A stretch of 63,982 bases of DNA, the filler included, from Dimargaris cristalligena (lineage: Eukaryota), in the NCBI GenBank assembly GCA_003614675.1. It is 6 parts of 6 records of this genome, joined end to end, with 100 filler letters (N's around TTAATTAATTAA, not from the genome) between each part and the next. Parts side by side here need not be neighbours in the genome. Positions count along the whole stretch, not along the records: positions 1 to 10,954 come from ML003135.1; positions 11,055 to 22,001 come from ML003136.1; 4 more parts are not named here. The stretch is one strand, 5' to 3'. Numbering within the stretch: the stretch's first letter is position 1; each line of letters starts with the position of its first letter. Positions 1-13,398 of the stretch are shown here, piece after piece. The notes under the pieces are model-generated. The model had not been told where the DNA came from, did not search any database, and was given only the letters and a program-made list of their open reading frames with translations. Made by a program: the position numbers and the translations under genes.

Positions 1-3000
1 TGGCCCAAGCGGGGTATTCCTTGAGGGTAAGTGTGGCTTCTTCAATGACCAAGAACTGGTTCGACCAAGTGGCCGAGTCGGTGGGTATAGGTACTACCCG
101 CTGCTGCCACTGCCCATTGGAGCGTTCAAGACTGGTTCGCAGAATATCGTGATGCGCCATGAGGGTGGTGAGGGCCAGCCCCAAAATAGGGCGGGTCAAA
201 GTTTGCCGGCACTTGAGAAGCATGGACTGGTTGAATTGGTTGATGAATCGATATTCCTCCAGAGCGTACCGCTGCACAGCAGTAAATGGAATCGGACCAG
301 CGGGATCTAAGAACTGGGTGCTTGGCACACTAATGGAATCCATCAGGTGGACACGTTGTTGCATAGCCGATAATTGGGTATGTTTGAGGATATTCGCCAC
401 CGAAAGTTGGAGGCCTAGTCGTTTACAGCGGTTGGAAAACTGGATGGCGGAAATGGAATCACCGCCTAGTCGGAGGAATGAGGCTGAGGATGTGATCCGT
501 TTAGGGTCAATTTTCAATGTGTCGGCCAAGGCCTCCCGCATTAGCAGGAAAGTCGAAGAAACGGACTTGATATCAATGGCTTCGTCAGTGGTATCTTCTG
601 GCAGTGGACGTGCCTGAAGAGCCTTGCGATCGGCCTTGCCCACGGCGGTCATTGGAATGCAATCTAATGAAACGATCAAGTTGGGAACCATGTACTGTGG
701 GAGTTTGGCTACGAGCTGAGACCTGAGGGCTTCTATGTCAACCGAACCAGGGGTTATATAGAGAACGAGCCACTGCTGGGTGACACAGGCTATGGCATTG
801 TTGATACCCTCCACCGACGAGGCGATATTTTCAATTTCGCCCAGTTCAATACGATAGCCGCGTAGTTTTACTTGGAAGTCCTTTCGAGAAATGTACTGCA
901 CCTTGCCACTGGAAAGCCAGCAAACGAGATCACCCGACCGATACAGCAAACCAGGGCCAAATGGGTTGGGGACAAATGCTTTAGCAGTGAGTTCAGGCTG
1001 TTTCCAGTAACCTGAGCTGACACCAACACCTCCTATACAGAGCTCCCCAGGGACACCAACAGGCACGGGTCAGAGCTGGTCGTCAAGGACATACCCTTGA
1101 GTATTAGCCAGTGATCGACCGATGGAAAGTGGCTCATTACTTTGGATGTGGTCGGTGTGGCTCAGGATGGTGGCTTCGGTTGGCCCATAACCATTAATCA
1201 GTTGGACACGTTCACACCAATGGTGGGCGACATTGAGCGGAGTTTGTTCGCCACCCACGATGACCAATTTTAGGTTGGGATAACTTTCGATATCAATGGC
1301 AGAGAGCATAGATGGGACAAGGAAACAGCTGTTGACCCGAGCCAGAGTGTCGAGGAGGCTACCATCCTGGAGTACTAACGTACCACCACAATGGAAAGCA
1401 CTAAATATTTCGATAAGGCACCCATCGAAGGTAACGTTTAGTAGTTGTAGGAAGCGGCAGTCAGAGTCAAGTTGAATAGTTTCACAATTGGCAAGGGTGA
1501 AGTTGACTAGCGATTCATGCCGCACAGGAATGCCCTTAGGTCGGCCGGTAGTTCCGGACGTGAACACAATATAGGCCAAGTCCGAAGAAGAGCGAGAGTT
1601 ATCGGGTCGAAACAGGTCGGTGTTTATATTGGCGTAGTCTAGGGTATCGGCAAGGAGGCGCTGGCGGTCCGCCACGGAAATATAATCCCGGAGATTCTCA
1701 AAATGGCTAACGGTGGACAGGAGCCAAGTGTCATCCAACAGTCCATAGGTGTATTGCAGACGGTCAACAGCATTGGTGGCATCCATTGGGACGCACACGC
1801 CACCAGCCATAAGGACTCCTAAGTAGCTGAATATAAAATGAATCGACTTGGTGAAGATCAGAGCAGCAAGGTTGCCGGGCTTGAATCCGCGTTGCTGTAG
1901 GGACAGGGCAATGCAGCACGATCGATGGTACACCTCTGCGTAGGTGAATTGTTGGCTCGACGACTCGAGGGTGATGGAGTCGAGTCGGGAGGAGACGTGC
2001 TGACTGAATAGCTGATAGGCCAGCCAGTGCCGCTGAGGGAACTTGCAAACAGGTCCTTGGGCCCATTTCTCGATGAGCTGGGCCTCATCGGGGGACAGCA
2101 CCATAATTTCGTGTAGAATACATGCTGACCCTGTCACCATCATTGACAAACAGTGGTTCATGAATTGGGTCAGGTAGTGAGAGTATGTGTTATCACAGTG
2201 GGTAGTTTTAAAGATAAGGCAGCAATCCAGGTTTTCACCGTTATCAGTGCAGCTGACAGTGTATGCATACTCGGTGAAGTTCTGCCCGTCACGAAGTTCG
2301 AAGTAAATTTCTGGGTTAGTATTGTCGGTTGTGGATGCCGGAATATTGTCGTATACAACAAGGGAATCGAACAGTTTGTCCTCTGGATCGACTCGGCCCC
2401 ATTTGTAGATATCCAGTAGGCTACATTGCTCGGATGCCGTGAGCTCCCCAGACTGATGATGCAGACGTTGGGCGAAATCCACGACAGACGTGTCGAACCC
2501 GAGAGACGCCCTGAACGGTAAAGTGTTGATACACATGCCCACTATCCCATCAATACCAGCTACGGGGACATTGCGGCCGGAAGTCAAGACCCCGAAAGTG
2601 ACTTCGTCCGATTCGCCGAGGTAGCGGGCTAGAGTGAGAGCCCAGACTCCGCGCAGCAAAGAGTTAAGCGTGATTCGCTGCTCCCGACAAAATGCACTTA
2701 AAGTCGGGAGTGTAGTGGAAAAAGTAAACCTGCGAGTTACATAGTCGCACGAAGCGTTCTCGGCCTGATGAACCGGGAACTGGACAGTAGGAGTAGGTTT
2801 GATGCCGTTGAGATTACACTGCCAGAACTGCTGCAGTTGTGACAGATCGAGCGATTGCAAGTATCTCATGTACCCAGTATATTGTGTCGCAGAAACAGGG
2901 ATTGTGCCGTGGTATAAATCGACTAGTTCAGTCAGTATAATATGGGAGAAGTTCAACAAGGCTGTATAACGAAAAATCCATTTGATGAGGCAACTACTAC

Positions 3001-6000
3001 TGGTTGAAATTAAATATCCCACCGATTTTCCCATACATATATCAGTTGAAACCTTATACAACCGAGCTGAACGTCGCCCATATTCTGGGACCACGCATCG
3101 AGTAAGGCGTGGTGGAAGGTAAGGAACCCCAAAGTTTGGTTCACATCGGTGGCTGACGAGGTGTAAAGGCTGATCCGCAATAATGGCCCGCTGAACGTAA
3201 ATCCGCGCTGGCGATCTACAGCAAAATACTCCTTCTCGATTCGTGGCCAATCGTGGTAAGATGTCCCAGTATTAATCGACCATTCAATATCACAGCTATT
3301 GGTAACTGCCTGAAGGAAGGTATGGCTGGATATGGTGCGTGGTTGGATAAATTTGGTTCGTAGAATGTCGTGTTGCTGGGCTACCCGATGCCACGCTCGC
3401 TGGAGATGGTCGACATCGAGTGTCCCCGAGATAACGAATGACTCCTGAACCATGTATGCGCTTGGATCCTTCAGGGTACTGATAAGGAATCCTTGCTGTA
3501 GACTGGAAACGGGTAAGATGTCGGTGATATTTAGTGGATCGATATTCAGTTGTGAGGCGGATTCCTGAATCAAGGCATCCATGGTGGTGGCGGATAAGTC
3601 GCCATCGTTTACGAGGGAGAAGGGCTGATAGTCAAGGAGCGGATAGAAGTCCTGCGACGGCGTAATCAAACATTGCTCAGCAGCGCAGTCGGCCAACTCA
3701 GCGAGATTAGAACACTTGAATATTTGGGCGATGGACACATGGAGTCCACAATCTCGACACAGTGAAGAGAAGCGAATGGCCGAAATGGAGTCACCTCCCA
3801 GTTGGAAAAACGAGTCGTACATGCCAATGTCCCCAGTAGGAATTTCAAGGGTTCGACTCAGGGCCTCCACGATATGAGATTCGGATGGATTACGGGGACT
3901 GGTAATCGAGCGACCACTGGGTAGAGCGTTTAATTGGGTAAGAAGGCCAACCAAGGCGCGTTTATCGGCCTTGTTGTTGGTGGTGCTGGGTAATTTAGCG
4001 AGGGCAATCAGTGCATGTGGGATCATATACGGAGGCAGATGACTTGTAGTGTGGGACTTGAGGGGACCAACTGGCACCGATTCTGGACTGACAAATCCGT
4101 AAAGTTTACCCGAGTCACTGATTACAGCAGCACTCTGGACTCCCGGGTAGCTAAGCAAGACCGTCTCAATTTCTTGGGGCTCGACCCGATGACCACGGAT
4201 TTTGACCTGATCGTCCCGACGGGCAAAGTATTCGACGGTACCATTGGGGAGCCAACGCCCAGTGTCCCCCGTGCGGTAAAGGTACCCTTGGCCAGTAAAG
4301 GAGTTGGGCAGTAGACGCTCACGAGTAGGTTCGGGTAAATTGACGTAGCCTCGGGTGACGCAGATGCCGCCCACATAAATCTCCCCCGGAACACCGAGGG
4401 GTACAGGTTGCAGGTGGTGGTCCAGAATGTAACACTCAGTGTTGGCGACAGGGTGGCCAATTGTAACAGGTTCACCTGGCCGGATTTCCACCGCGTGGCA
4501 AACAAAGCACTCGGTGGGGCCATACATATTGAACACGCGGCAGTAATAGGCCCAGCGCTCGGCTACTTGGTGGGGCAAAGCCTCCCCCGCAGCGATGACC
4601 ATCCTGAGATTAGGGTACTTGCTAGGGTCCAAGGAAGCCAGTACCGTTGGAGTAGCCACCAAGGCATCCACCAGGGGCAGCGTATCCAGCAGGTCAGTAC
4701 GCAGAACAAGGGTGGCCCCTTTGCACAACCCAGTGAAGATCTCCAAAAGAGCACAGTCAAACGTCAGGGCCATATTTTGCATCAAGCGCAGTCCAGCAGT
4801 AATACCAATTGTTGAATCAGCTTGTTGGACAAAGTTGGCCATGACCCGGTGCTCCAGCTGGACACCCTTGGGCCGACCCGTGGTTCCTGACGCGTAAAGA
4901 ATATGGGACAGGTCGGTGGGGCGAACATGGGGAAATATTGGCAACTCGGTACAGGGGATATTGGGGGGTAAGAGCCACGTGTCAATGGTTTGGAATTCTA
5001 CATGAGGGAGGGCCTGGTGAATGGCATCAAGTCGGACTCGGTCAGCTGTATTAGTTAAAATTAGCTGAATTCCACAGTCCTCCACCATATAGTGGATGCG
5101 GTCGCTGGGGAAAGCCGGGTCAATAGGCACAATAGCTGCGCCGGCCAAACTAACGCCCATGTAGGCTGCGATAGTACTGGGAACCCGGTCGATAATTAGA
5201 CCAATGGGCGTTTCCCGCTTGATCCCCTGTAGCAGTATGTGGCGGGTTAAATTCATGGACCGGGTGTACAAATCCTTATAGGACCATTGTAAGTCGTTAA
5301 ACTCGACTGCAGTGGTGTCGGGGACTGAATGGGCCGTTCGGGTGAATAGTTCGGGTACGCACGTCTCGAAATCGATGGCTAGATGGGGGTGTGCAAGCTG
5401 CTCAGTGAGCAGCGCCGTTTCGCTCGTGGATAGCATAGACAGGTCTTTGGTGAATACCTGCCCCCCTGATTTAGCCAAGGCGAAGACCAGGCCCGAAAAG
5501 AGTGAGGCTAGGTGGCGCGACAAGGAATCCATATAGGATCTATTAAACTTAGCCGTACTCCAGTTCAAATTTATAGTGAGTTTACCATGGTCAGCCTGAG
5601 CAATGACAGCCAGGGGGTAGTCAGTCGATTCCAAAACGTTCGTGTCCGTGAAAGTAATGGTATTTGCCAGGTCATCCAAGCCGGTGTCAGGATAGTTTTC
5701 ATAAACCACCAATGTGTCGAACATATTGCTTGGGCGAACCTCACCGTCAACCCACACATTGATCTTGGATAAATGATTATGCTCAAATGGGACCATTTTC
5801 TGGGAGCTTTGGTGGATCATCGTGACAAGTTCGATTACCAACATTTCTGATTCCAGCAAAACTCGGAAAGGCACGGTATTGATAAAACAACCCAATAGAG
5901 CCTCAATGTCAGGAAGAGGTAGAGCCCGCCCAGAAACGGTGCTGCCAAATACCACATCGGCTTGGTCAGTATACCGGGTTAGTAAGAGGGACCAGGCGGC

Positions 6001-9000
6001 CTTGATGAGTGTGTACGGGGTAATGCCTACTTGACGAGCCACGTTATGTACCTCGTTGACGTCGGGGAAAAGAACGGACTTAATCTCGTCTTTACCAGAT
6101 CCCTGGGTGCTGGGGGACTTGGGTAAAGACAGCTCAGTTGGCTGTTCCACTCCTTTCAAGTACTCTCGCCAAAACGGCTTGGCCCCTGCTTGGTCCGAAT
6201 TTTGAATATGGGCCACATAGTCATGAAATGCGGCGATCGGAATGGAGCTCAGTTCGGGATTCCCTTGAAGACGGGATCGGAGCTGGTCTAACAGAATACC
6301 GATGGACCAGCCGTCAATGAGGGCATGGTGAATAGTCAGTAGATAGCGGAACGAGCTGGGTGCTAGCCGCTTAACGTATATGCGTACGAGTGGCTCATTC
6401 GTTTTGAACCCATTATATAGGTTCACCTGAAGGAAGTCTTCCTCGCTGGCCACACCGAAATCTGACCACTCGTTAACCGTATGCCAGCCGAATCGGGGCT
6501 CTCTAGTGACCACCTGGACGCCCTGGCAGTGGGGATTGCTCCAAGACGTTAAAAATACCGTACGCAGAATGGCATGTTGGCTGACGACAGCCTGAGTAGC
6601 AAGTCGGAGCTGATCAGAATTCGAAATACCATTCACAGTGAAGGCCAGTTGAACTAGGTACTCAGAGGGGTCCTTGGCTGTGGCCGTCCGCATTCCCTGC
6701 TGCATGGGTAGCATAGGGTAAAGGTCTTCAACTTCGTGCGGAAGAACCCCAGTGGTAACGAGATCAGCCTCAAGTTTGGCCAGTTCGGGGAGGGTACTGT
6801 GGAGTAGCGGAAAGTCTGACGGGGTCCATACAGAGGGGTGGGGCTGTCGGCCAAGGTACTGTGCCACATCTATGAGAGACTGACTGAGGTGACTTAAAAG
6901 GGACTCGATAACATCTGTCGCAATGACTTGAGGGCAGTACATAACTATGAATTTAAGTCCGCTCGGAGTTAGCAATCCGATAACCTCCAACACCTATGTC
7001 CGAAGTTCAGCGGAATCACAGACGGGAAGATCCGAAATCAGTTCCGGGCGAACTACCCAGGGAGCTCGGCCGTGCATAGACAAGGCCCCATCATTTGTCG
7101 TATGACTTAGGTAGTTAAAGCATACCTCCATCGGTGAGGGCGACTGTCCGTTAGAGGGTCCACCTTGGGGACGACGAAGAACTTGTTGAAGACCATGTTG
7201 TAACCCGTGGGTCCCAGTTAAAGACCGGAGGGTCTGCTTAGCCTGTTTGAGGAAATCGAGTGGTTTCGGTTCAGTATTCACCTGGGCCTGGTAGGGAGCC
7301 ATAGAAGTGAACCAACCGACGGTGCGACCGGGATCGAGACTGGGTTGCCAGGGATGACGGCCGTGGGATTCATTGAAAATGGTGATGGTCGGGGCCTGAG
7401 AGATAGAGTTCAGGGCCTGGAATAGACCAGCGAGCATCAGCTACAGAGGTTGAATACGTGCGGTATCAGGTTGCAAAAGGGCATCCGACAGGATAGGGTC
7501 TAATGTGACAGATTGGCACTGGGTATTGGCTTGAGTATTCAAGGCCAGGCAGTCTGGTCCAGTGAGGGGTAAAAATGACACTGGTGCAGCAGTTGGTTGG
7601 GAGTCACTTTCATGCTCAGCCTTGGTTAGTTTGGCCCAGTTGACCAACTCAGTTGCCCAGGTAGCAAATGAAAGGGGCTGGGGCACGGGTGATTGGCCGT
7701 CTAGAAGTCTAGCCAAATCCTCAAGTAAAATCGACCAGGATACTAAATCCACCACCAGATGGTGGATGGTCAGGAATAGCAATTGACTCTTAAATGGCTG
7801 AGAAGTATTGACAGAGCAAGATACTTTAGATGTCCGTGTGTTACTACCGTCGTCCGAAAGAGTGATCAGACCTGCTGCCAAGTGATGCCCTTTAGTGATA
7901 TCAAGCGATGCCTGAATTTCTAGAAGTTGTTTGGACAGATCAGAGGCTGACGTGCTAAGCTCCACAATCGGAATAGGCAATTCAACGAAAGGTGAAACTA
8001 TTTGTTGGGACCATTGGCCTGGATGGCCAGTCGGTGCCCGGGTGAATTGACAGCGCAACATGTTGTGGACGTTAATTAGTCGGAGCAAGGCTGGGGTGAG
8101 TTCAGTAGCCGTCAATGGCCGGGTCAGTTCGAGGGCAAATGACTGGTTAAAATGATTTGGGTTGGACCAAGGGTGGTCAAAGAACCATTGCTGGATTGGG
8201 GTGAGTGGGAATTTCGTGTGGTATTCCACGGGCTGAAGTTTGCTGGATATGTCACTTGCCGACGAAATTGGGGACATTGTCTTGGTGGCATCGCGCAAGG
8301 GCCCGGATCCCAGAAGAGTGGAGGTGGGCAATGTAAACCCGAGTTGGCGACACTTGGACGAGACCTGGATGGCTGAAATGGAGTCTCCACCGATCTTCAC
8401 AAATGTCAAGTCCTGATTAATTTGGTTCATTGGAAGGCCGAGTACCTCCCCCAGGGACTGCATTAATATGCTTAGCGACTGATTCCCTTCGGACGGACAG
8501 TCCACAAGCGGGACTTGCTGTCGATGGGTGGCTAAATGGTCAGCAAAATGATTCTGGAGGAAATGGGTATCACATTTGCCATTGTTGGTAAGAGGGACGT
8601 TAGGAAGACCAATGATATAACTGGGTACCATATAGGATGGCAGCTGGTCGGCAACAGAAGCACGCAATATATCCTCACTGGCAGTAGAATCCGGGAACAC
8701 GTAGCCGACCAAGAACTGGTCATGGACAAAAACAGCGCAGTCCTGGACCCCAGATTGGCGCATCAAGACACTGCGAATCTCGTCTAGTTCAATACGGAAC
8801 CCCCGCAGCTTCACCTGGCTGTCCATGCGTCCCAGACACACGACCTGTCCATCGGGTAACCAGCGGCCCAGATCACCGGTCCGGTAGATTTTACCGCACC
8901 CTGTGAATGGATTGTCGACGAATTTAGTCGAATTAAGGTCCGGTCGATTGATGTAGCCAAGGGTAACACCGACGCCACCGACACATATTTCGCCAACAGC

Positions 9001-10954
9001 ACCAATAGGAACCAACTGTAGATTTGAGTCCAAAATGTAACACTCATAGTCGGCCATTGGTCGGCCGATAGGAACACTTCCAGAGGGCGGGACCTCCATC
9101 ATAAGACAGGCGATAGTGGCTTCGGTCGGGCCGTAGATATTGTAAGTGGTGGTGACCGCTGACCACTGGTTCGCCAATTTCCTTGGCAGATGCTCGCCAC
9201 CAAACATCAGGCTGTCCAAGTTCGTATATTCCTGTGGATCCAAGGCCGATAAAATGGAAGGAAGCAAGATTGTTTGCTGCACTGTTTTTAAGGTTCCCGG
9301 AAGATCGTCGCCGTAGAAGACCAAGGTGGAGCCGTAACATAATGCGGGCAGGGTAAAGAGATAGGCATCAAATCCGGCTGCCATGCCACTCATGGTTCGG
9401 GTCCCTGGCCGTTGCAGCATCCCTAGGCTAGGGCTGGTAATAAACTTGATAAGGCTCCGATGTTCAACCAAGACACCCTTGGGGAGACCGGTAGATCCTG
9501 AGGTAAACACAATGTAGGCCAGGTCTTCAGGCTGGATGGGGTGGAGAGAGGCCGGGAGTGGTGGTAATTCAATCCCGTTGGCAAGTTTGCCAATGGTAAT
9601 GGCTTCGTACCCCATTGTGTACTTTCCGGACATATTAATTACACATGTACATTCAGCAGCCTCCACAATATACCTTTGGCGGGCAGTTGGGAGCTTGAAA
9701 TCCACAGGTACATAAACCGCTCCGACACCCCAAACGGCCAGCATGCACATAGTTGTATCAGGGTGATTGGCCACTATAACACCCACCTTGTCGCGTTGTT
9801 GTACGTTAGCATGTTGGAGATGCTCGACCAGTCCGGAGATCCTTCGGGATAGCTGGGCGTAGGTGTAAGTAAATTTGGCAATTTCAGTGGCTACTCGATT
9901 GGGGTATTTTTGAACCATATCCAAGAATAAGTCTAGAACACTTAGGTGGGGGTTTTCCCATGTAACCGAATTAGGAGGCCCGAGTGCAAACTTGTCCCGG
10001 ATGAGGTTGGCCTCAGTGGGACTTACCAAGGATGCCGTGGACCACGGCTGGTGGGCGACCACTACCGAATGAGCATAGGCCAGGAAATTTTGAAGTAACC
10101 GGTTCGCCGTGTCAACGTTGAAGAGGCTCTGCTTAAACCTCAACTGACATATAGGTGTATAGTCATGGTAGTCAACAACCAGCTGTAAGTCGTAAGGGAA
10201 CATCCTCCGGGGAGGTCGGGACCTGGTACAGTAAACTGTAGTAGAACTGTTCCCGGGTCCAAGTGGATAGTGTAGTACAACTGATATGGGAGATACGCCG
10301 GAAATACGGTGCTGGCCTTTGAGAGACAAGTGGGGGACAAGAGTGTCCATCAAAGGCAAAGTGTGGAGTTGAGAGTCTACGATCTGGTGAGTCAATTGTC
10401 TGACTATTTCAGGGAAATCTAACGACAGGTCCCCCTTTACTCGAAGAAGTTGTGCCAGTGCCGACGGGGCTTTCATACCCACCGAAGTATCACCATTCGC
10501 GACAGCCGGGCCACTTATGTCCATAATCAAATCAGTTTGCCCCGTCAGGCGCAATAAAAATATCGCAAATAGAGACGACCAGATTGCATATTCCTTAACC
10601 GACTCATTCGAAGCCTGTACCTGAATCGTTTTGAACAATTGCTCCTCAACTCCAGTTTTGGCTAAGCTGCAAAAGAAGGAGGGCAAAAGGGGGCGAGGTT
10701 GGTCAGTCGGAAGAGCCAGTTCAGCCGGTGGGTTCTGAAGAAGAGTGGCCCAATAGTTGAGGTCTACTTTAGTAGGCTCACTAGTATTACAAGCTCTCGT
10801 GAATCTGATATCGGTTAGACTGGGTGAATGTCCAGCCAATTGATTGGTGAGAGCATGTACAATTTCATTAAATTCACTAGTGGACCCGAATTACAATCAC
10901 CGAAGAACTACTGTAAGCTGTAACAGCCGGTAGCTGATACAAGTCAAGTTGGGC
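1..10954 (-). pseudogene. Multimodular non-ribosomal peptide synthetase, disrupted; (C)-A-T-E-C-A-T-C-A-T-E..., running off the contig end and the window start
   Basis: Three A domains (YIVFTSGSTGLPKG, YASGTTGRPKG, YIVFTSGTTGRPKG; YGPTE; YRTGD/YRSGD), three T domains (GGDSISAI), an E domain (HHLVVDLVSW, ESHGR, RTVGWFT), C domains (HHALIDGWS, HHALLDAWS) and a second E start below 310 (PIPFTAVQ...FNQS). In-frame stops at 7441-7443 (TAG), 6994-6996 (TAG), 1070-1072 (TGA); MITE at 2944-3079; probable frameshift near 10878. No introns are needed. Confidence 0.92.
2944..3079 (+). mobile_element. MITE copy 1 (136 bp), inserted in an NRPS C domain
   Basis: GGGAGAAGTTCA...TGAACGTCGCCC flanked by ATAT on both sides. 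Removing the element plus one ATAT restores HHALLDAWSQNIILTELVDLY in frame. Confidence 0.93.
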
Positions 10955-11054
10955 NNNNNNNNNNNNNNNNNNNNNNNNNNNNNNNNNNNNNNNNNNNNTT
11001 AATTAATTAANNNNNNNNNNNNNNNNNNNNNNNNNNNNNNNNNNNNNNNNNNNN
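10955..11054. other. Artificial contig spacer
   Basis: N44-TTAATTAATTAA-N44 (stop codons in all six frames). Confidence 0.98.
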
Positions 11055-11260
11055 TGTCTGGTGGGGAGTAGTAGTGGTAATGAAGCCCATACCCCTTTCT
11101 CGTTCTTTTAATTGTATTATTTCGTTTCTCTTTATTATCAAGCCACTACCACAGCTTCTCATTTCCACCATCCGCCTGGTCCGCTTTAAATTTTGTACTC
11201 TGGCCAACTCCCTAATTCCCTACTCTTAACCAGCGGACGTGTCCTCCACTGTTTTCAACC

Positions 11261-12300
11261 ATGGACCCTTTCCATGACAATGCCAAGCAGATCATCGAGC
11301 TAGAGTCCCTGCGAACCAAACTCCAGCAACTCAAGGAATCCTTCGTGCCATTTCTTCAGGTCACCGACCCACATTATCCCTACCCGGTACCATGGTAAGT
11401 TACGCCTGGTTCAACTGCATGGTCAGTCCGAGCCGTTTGGTATACATACTTGGCACCATGAATTAAAGGGGGGGGGTGCCCATGGCTATTACGTTCCATT
11501 GAAACTATCCTCTAACTTATTGTTCTATCTACCGTCCCCCGGCCCGACTAATACGCGCTCACCGGCCCATACCCTATATACAATAGGCCCGAAGTACTCA
11601 ACAAATTCAACATTTTGGTCGCGCGCTTCGTCAGTCTGAGTCGAGTTCTGGGTGACCAACCCTCGTCCAGCCTGCGCAAGTTAGTGCTACACCCCAATGA
11701 GCCGGTGGGTAGTGACCAGGAGCAACAAATCATGTCCATTCTCCTGCGTACCAAACCCATCCCCGAAGTGGAAAATGCCCAGCGGGGTCTGGTCAAAGAG
11801 GTCGACAGCACCGACCTGGCGGGTATTCAGGCGGCTATTCAGGCCAAACGACAAGTATCCAATCCCCAGGTTGAGGAATTAAAAGCGTGGAAGGTCAGTT
11901 AGTTACTGATTATATGATTGATCACCCCCCCTTCCACTGCCACTTCTTCACTAAACTGGTTACTGATTCTACAAACCAGCTCATTTCTATCACTTTCCTT
12001 TGTGCTACACCCCCCCTCATACAATTATCTGAACGTGGATCCATTCTCCAGTCCAAGGCCGAGGCCCACGATACCGTATGCCTGTCAGCTGAACAATGCT
12101 TGAAACGGTACTTGGAAGAATACCGATCGCGGCTCAAGTTGCGCATTGTGGACGAAGCTACCGAAAACGCTCCGGGCATCGATAACCATACCCCCGGATC
12201 CGGGCCTACCCTCGCCAGTAATCAAATTGGGTTAATGAAGGAAACGGCCTCGGACCTCGAGAAACTCATGATGTTTATATCCACCGGGGTGAAGATATAG
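11261..12300 (+). CDS. MED8: Mediator of RNA polymerase II transcription subunit 8; exons 11261-11394, 11587-11893, 12052-12300
   Basis: Spliced product has LESLRTKLQQLKESF...PWPEVLNKFNILVARF...LVLHP...LLRTKPIPEVE, matching Med8 motifs. GTAAGT/TAG and GTCAGT/CAG junctions are phase-consistent. Confidence 0.85.
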
Positions 12301-13230
12301 GGGTGATCGACCACAGGACGAATACGTCACTAGTTGGAGGGGAGAGAGAGATTCGTCTTCCTTTCTCCTACACTTTTCCTATCACCTCTACCCTAATTGC
12401 TCAGCCGATATCGGTTAGATCTCCAGTGGGCAACACACCACCCCCTCCCGTCTTTTTGTAATTATAAATGAAATGGCCTCTCTAATGAATGGTACTTCTG
12501 CACCATGTGATCATACTTAAGGGCAATATTGGGTGGGTGTTCCGGATAGTATCTAATACCTGGGGCATAGGGGATCATCCATGCTTTCAGTATATAGTAG
12601 TACTACCCTGCTGTTGATAACGTCGACATCCGGTCAAGGCCTTGTCGGATCCAAATTCAAATCCAAAAAGGCCAAATCCCACGCCGAAAACCTTAAGAAA
12701 GCCCAAAAATCACCATGCAGTTGATGAAGTAGATTAAGTTATTAAAGCACAGAGACACGAATTAGATATAGCGCCACTACCCCACACCGACTAATGCCTA
12801 TCCCTGGAAGTGAGCCCTGGCTATGCACTGTGATCTTTGTTATTAAAGGGTGGGTCGGTATCTTTAGAAATTGATTAGAAGTCCATTGCATTTTCAGTAT
12901 AGACGGCAGACTAATTTATTATCCATTGATCATGCGCCGTGACAAGGTACTTTTAAGCAAGAATGGATCGCACAAGGCTCTAGACAGTCCTTCATGCATG
13001 ACATCTGGAATACAATGGCGAACGTGGGTTTATCATCCTAATATATATAGATATGTAAAAAGCCCCCATAGTAGCCTAATTGTGTTAGCCTGAATGGACA
13101 GTAAACGAGGCAACCTGAATAATAATAGGTAGGTTTTTATGGAACTACGCCGAACGGGTTCGGTGTAAGCTATGTGGCTAATGACCGCCTAGACCGAGTG
13201 CCGGGGGGACATTCATAGAGGTCAACTAAG

Positions 13231-13398
13231 TTAGGTAGGCTTGGGTCTCGTAGGCTCGGTCTGCGGTTTCTTGATGGGATCATTTTTACCATTCGCCATG
13301 GCGGAATAAGGGGGTACCGATGCGGCTTGGGCGATACCGAAGGTCAGTAGTACCATGGCCAGGATCCAGCGGATGCTCAGAAGGGATTGTTGGTTCAT
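13231..13398 (-). CDS. Putative small secreted peptide (55 aa)
   Basis: MNQQSLLSIRWILAMVLLTFGIAQA|ASVP signal-peptide pattern; ATTATAAAAAG about 135 nt upstream. Confidence 0.45.
   Translation of the reverse strand: MNQQSLLSIRWILAMVLLTFGIAQAASVPPYSAMANGKNDPIKKPQTEPTRPKPT

Noticed and set aside
3084-3250. N-terminus of ORF 1070..3250 (MATNREG...) as a separate gene start
   Set aside because: It is an off-frame read-in produced by the 140-bp MITE frameshift.
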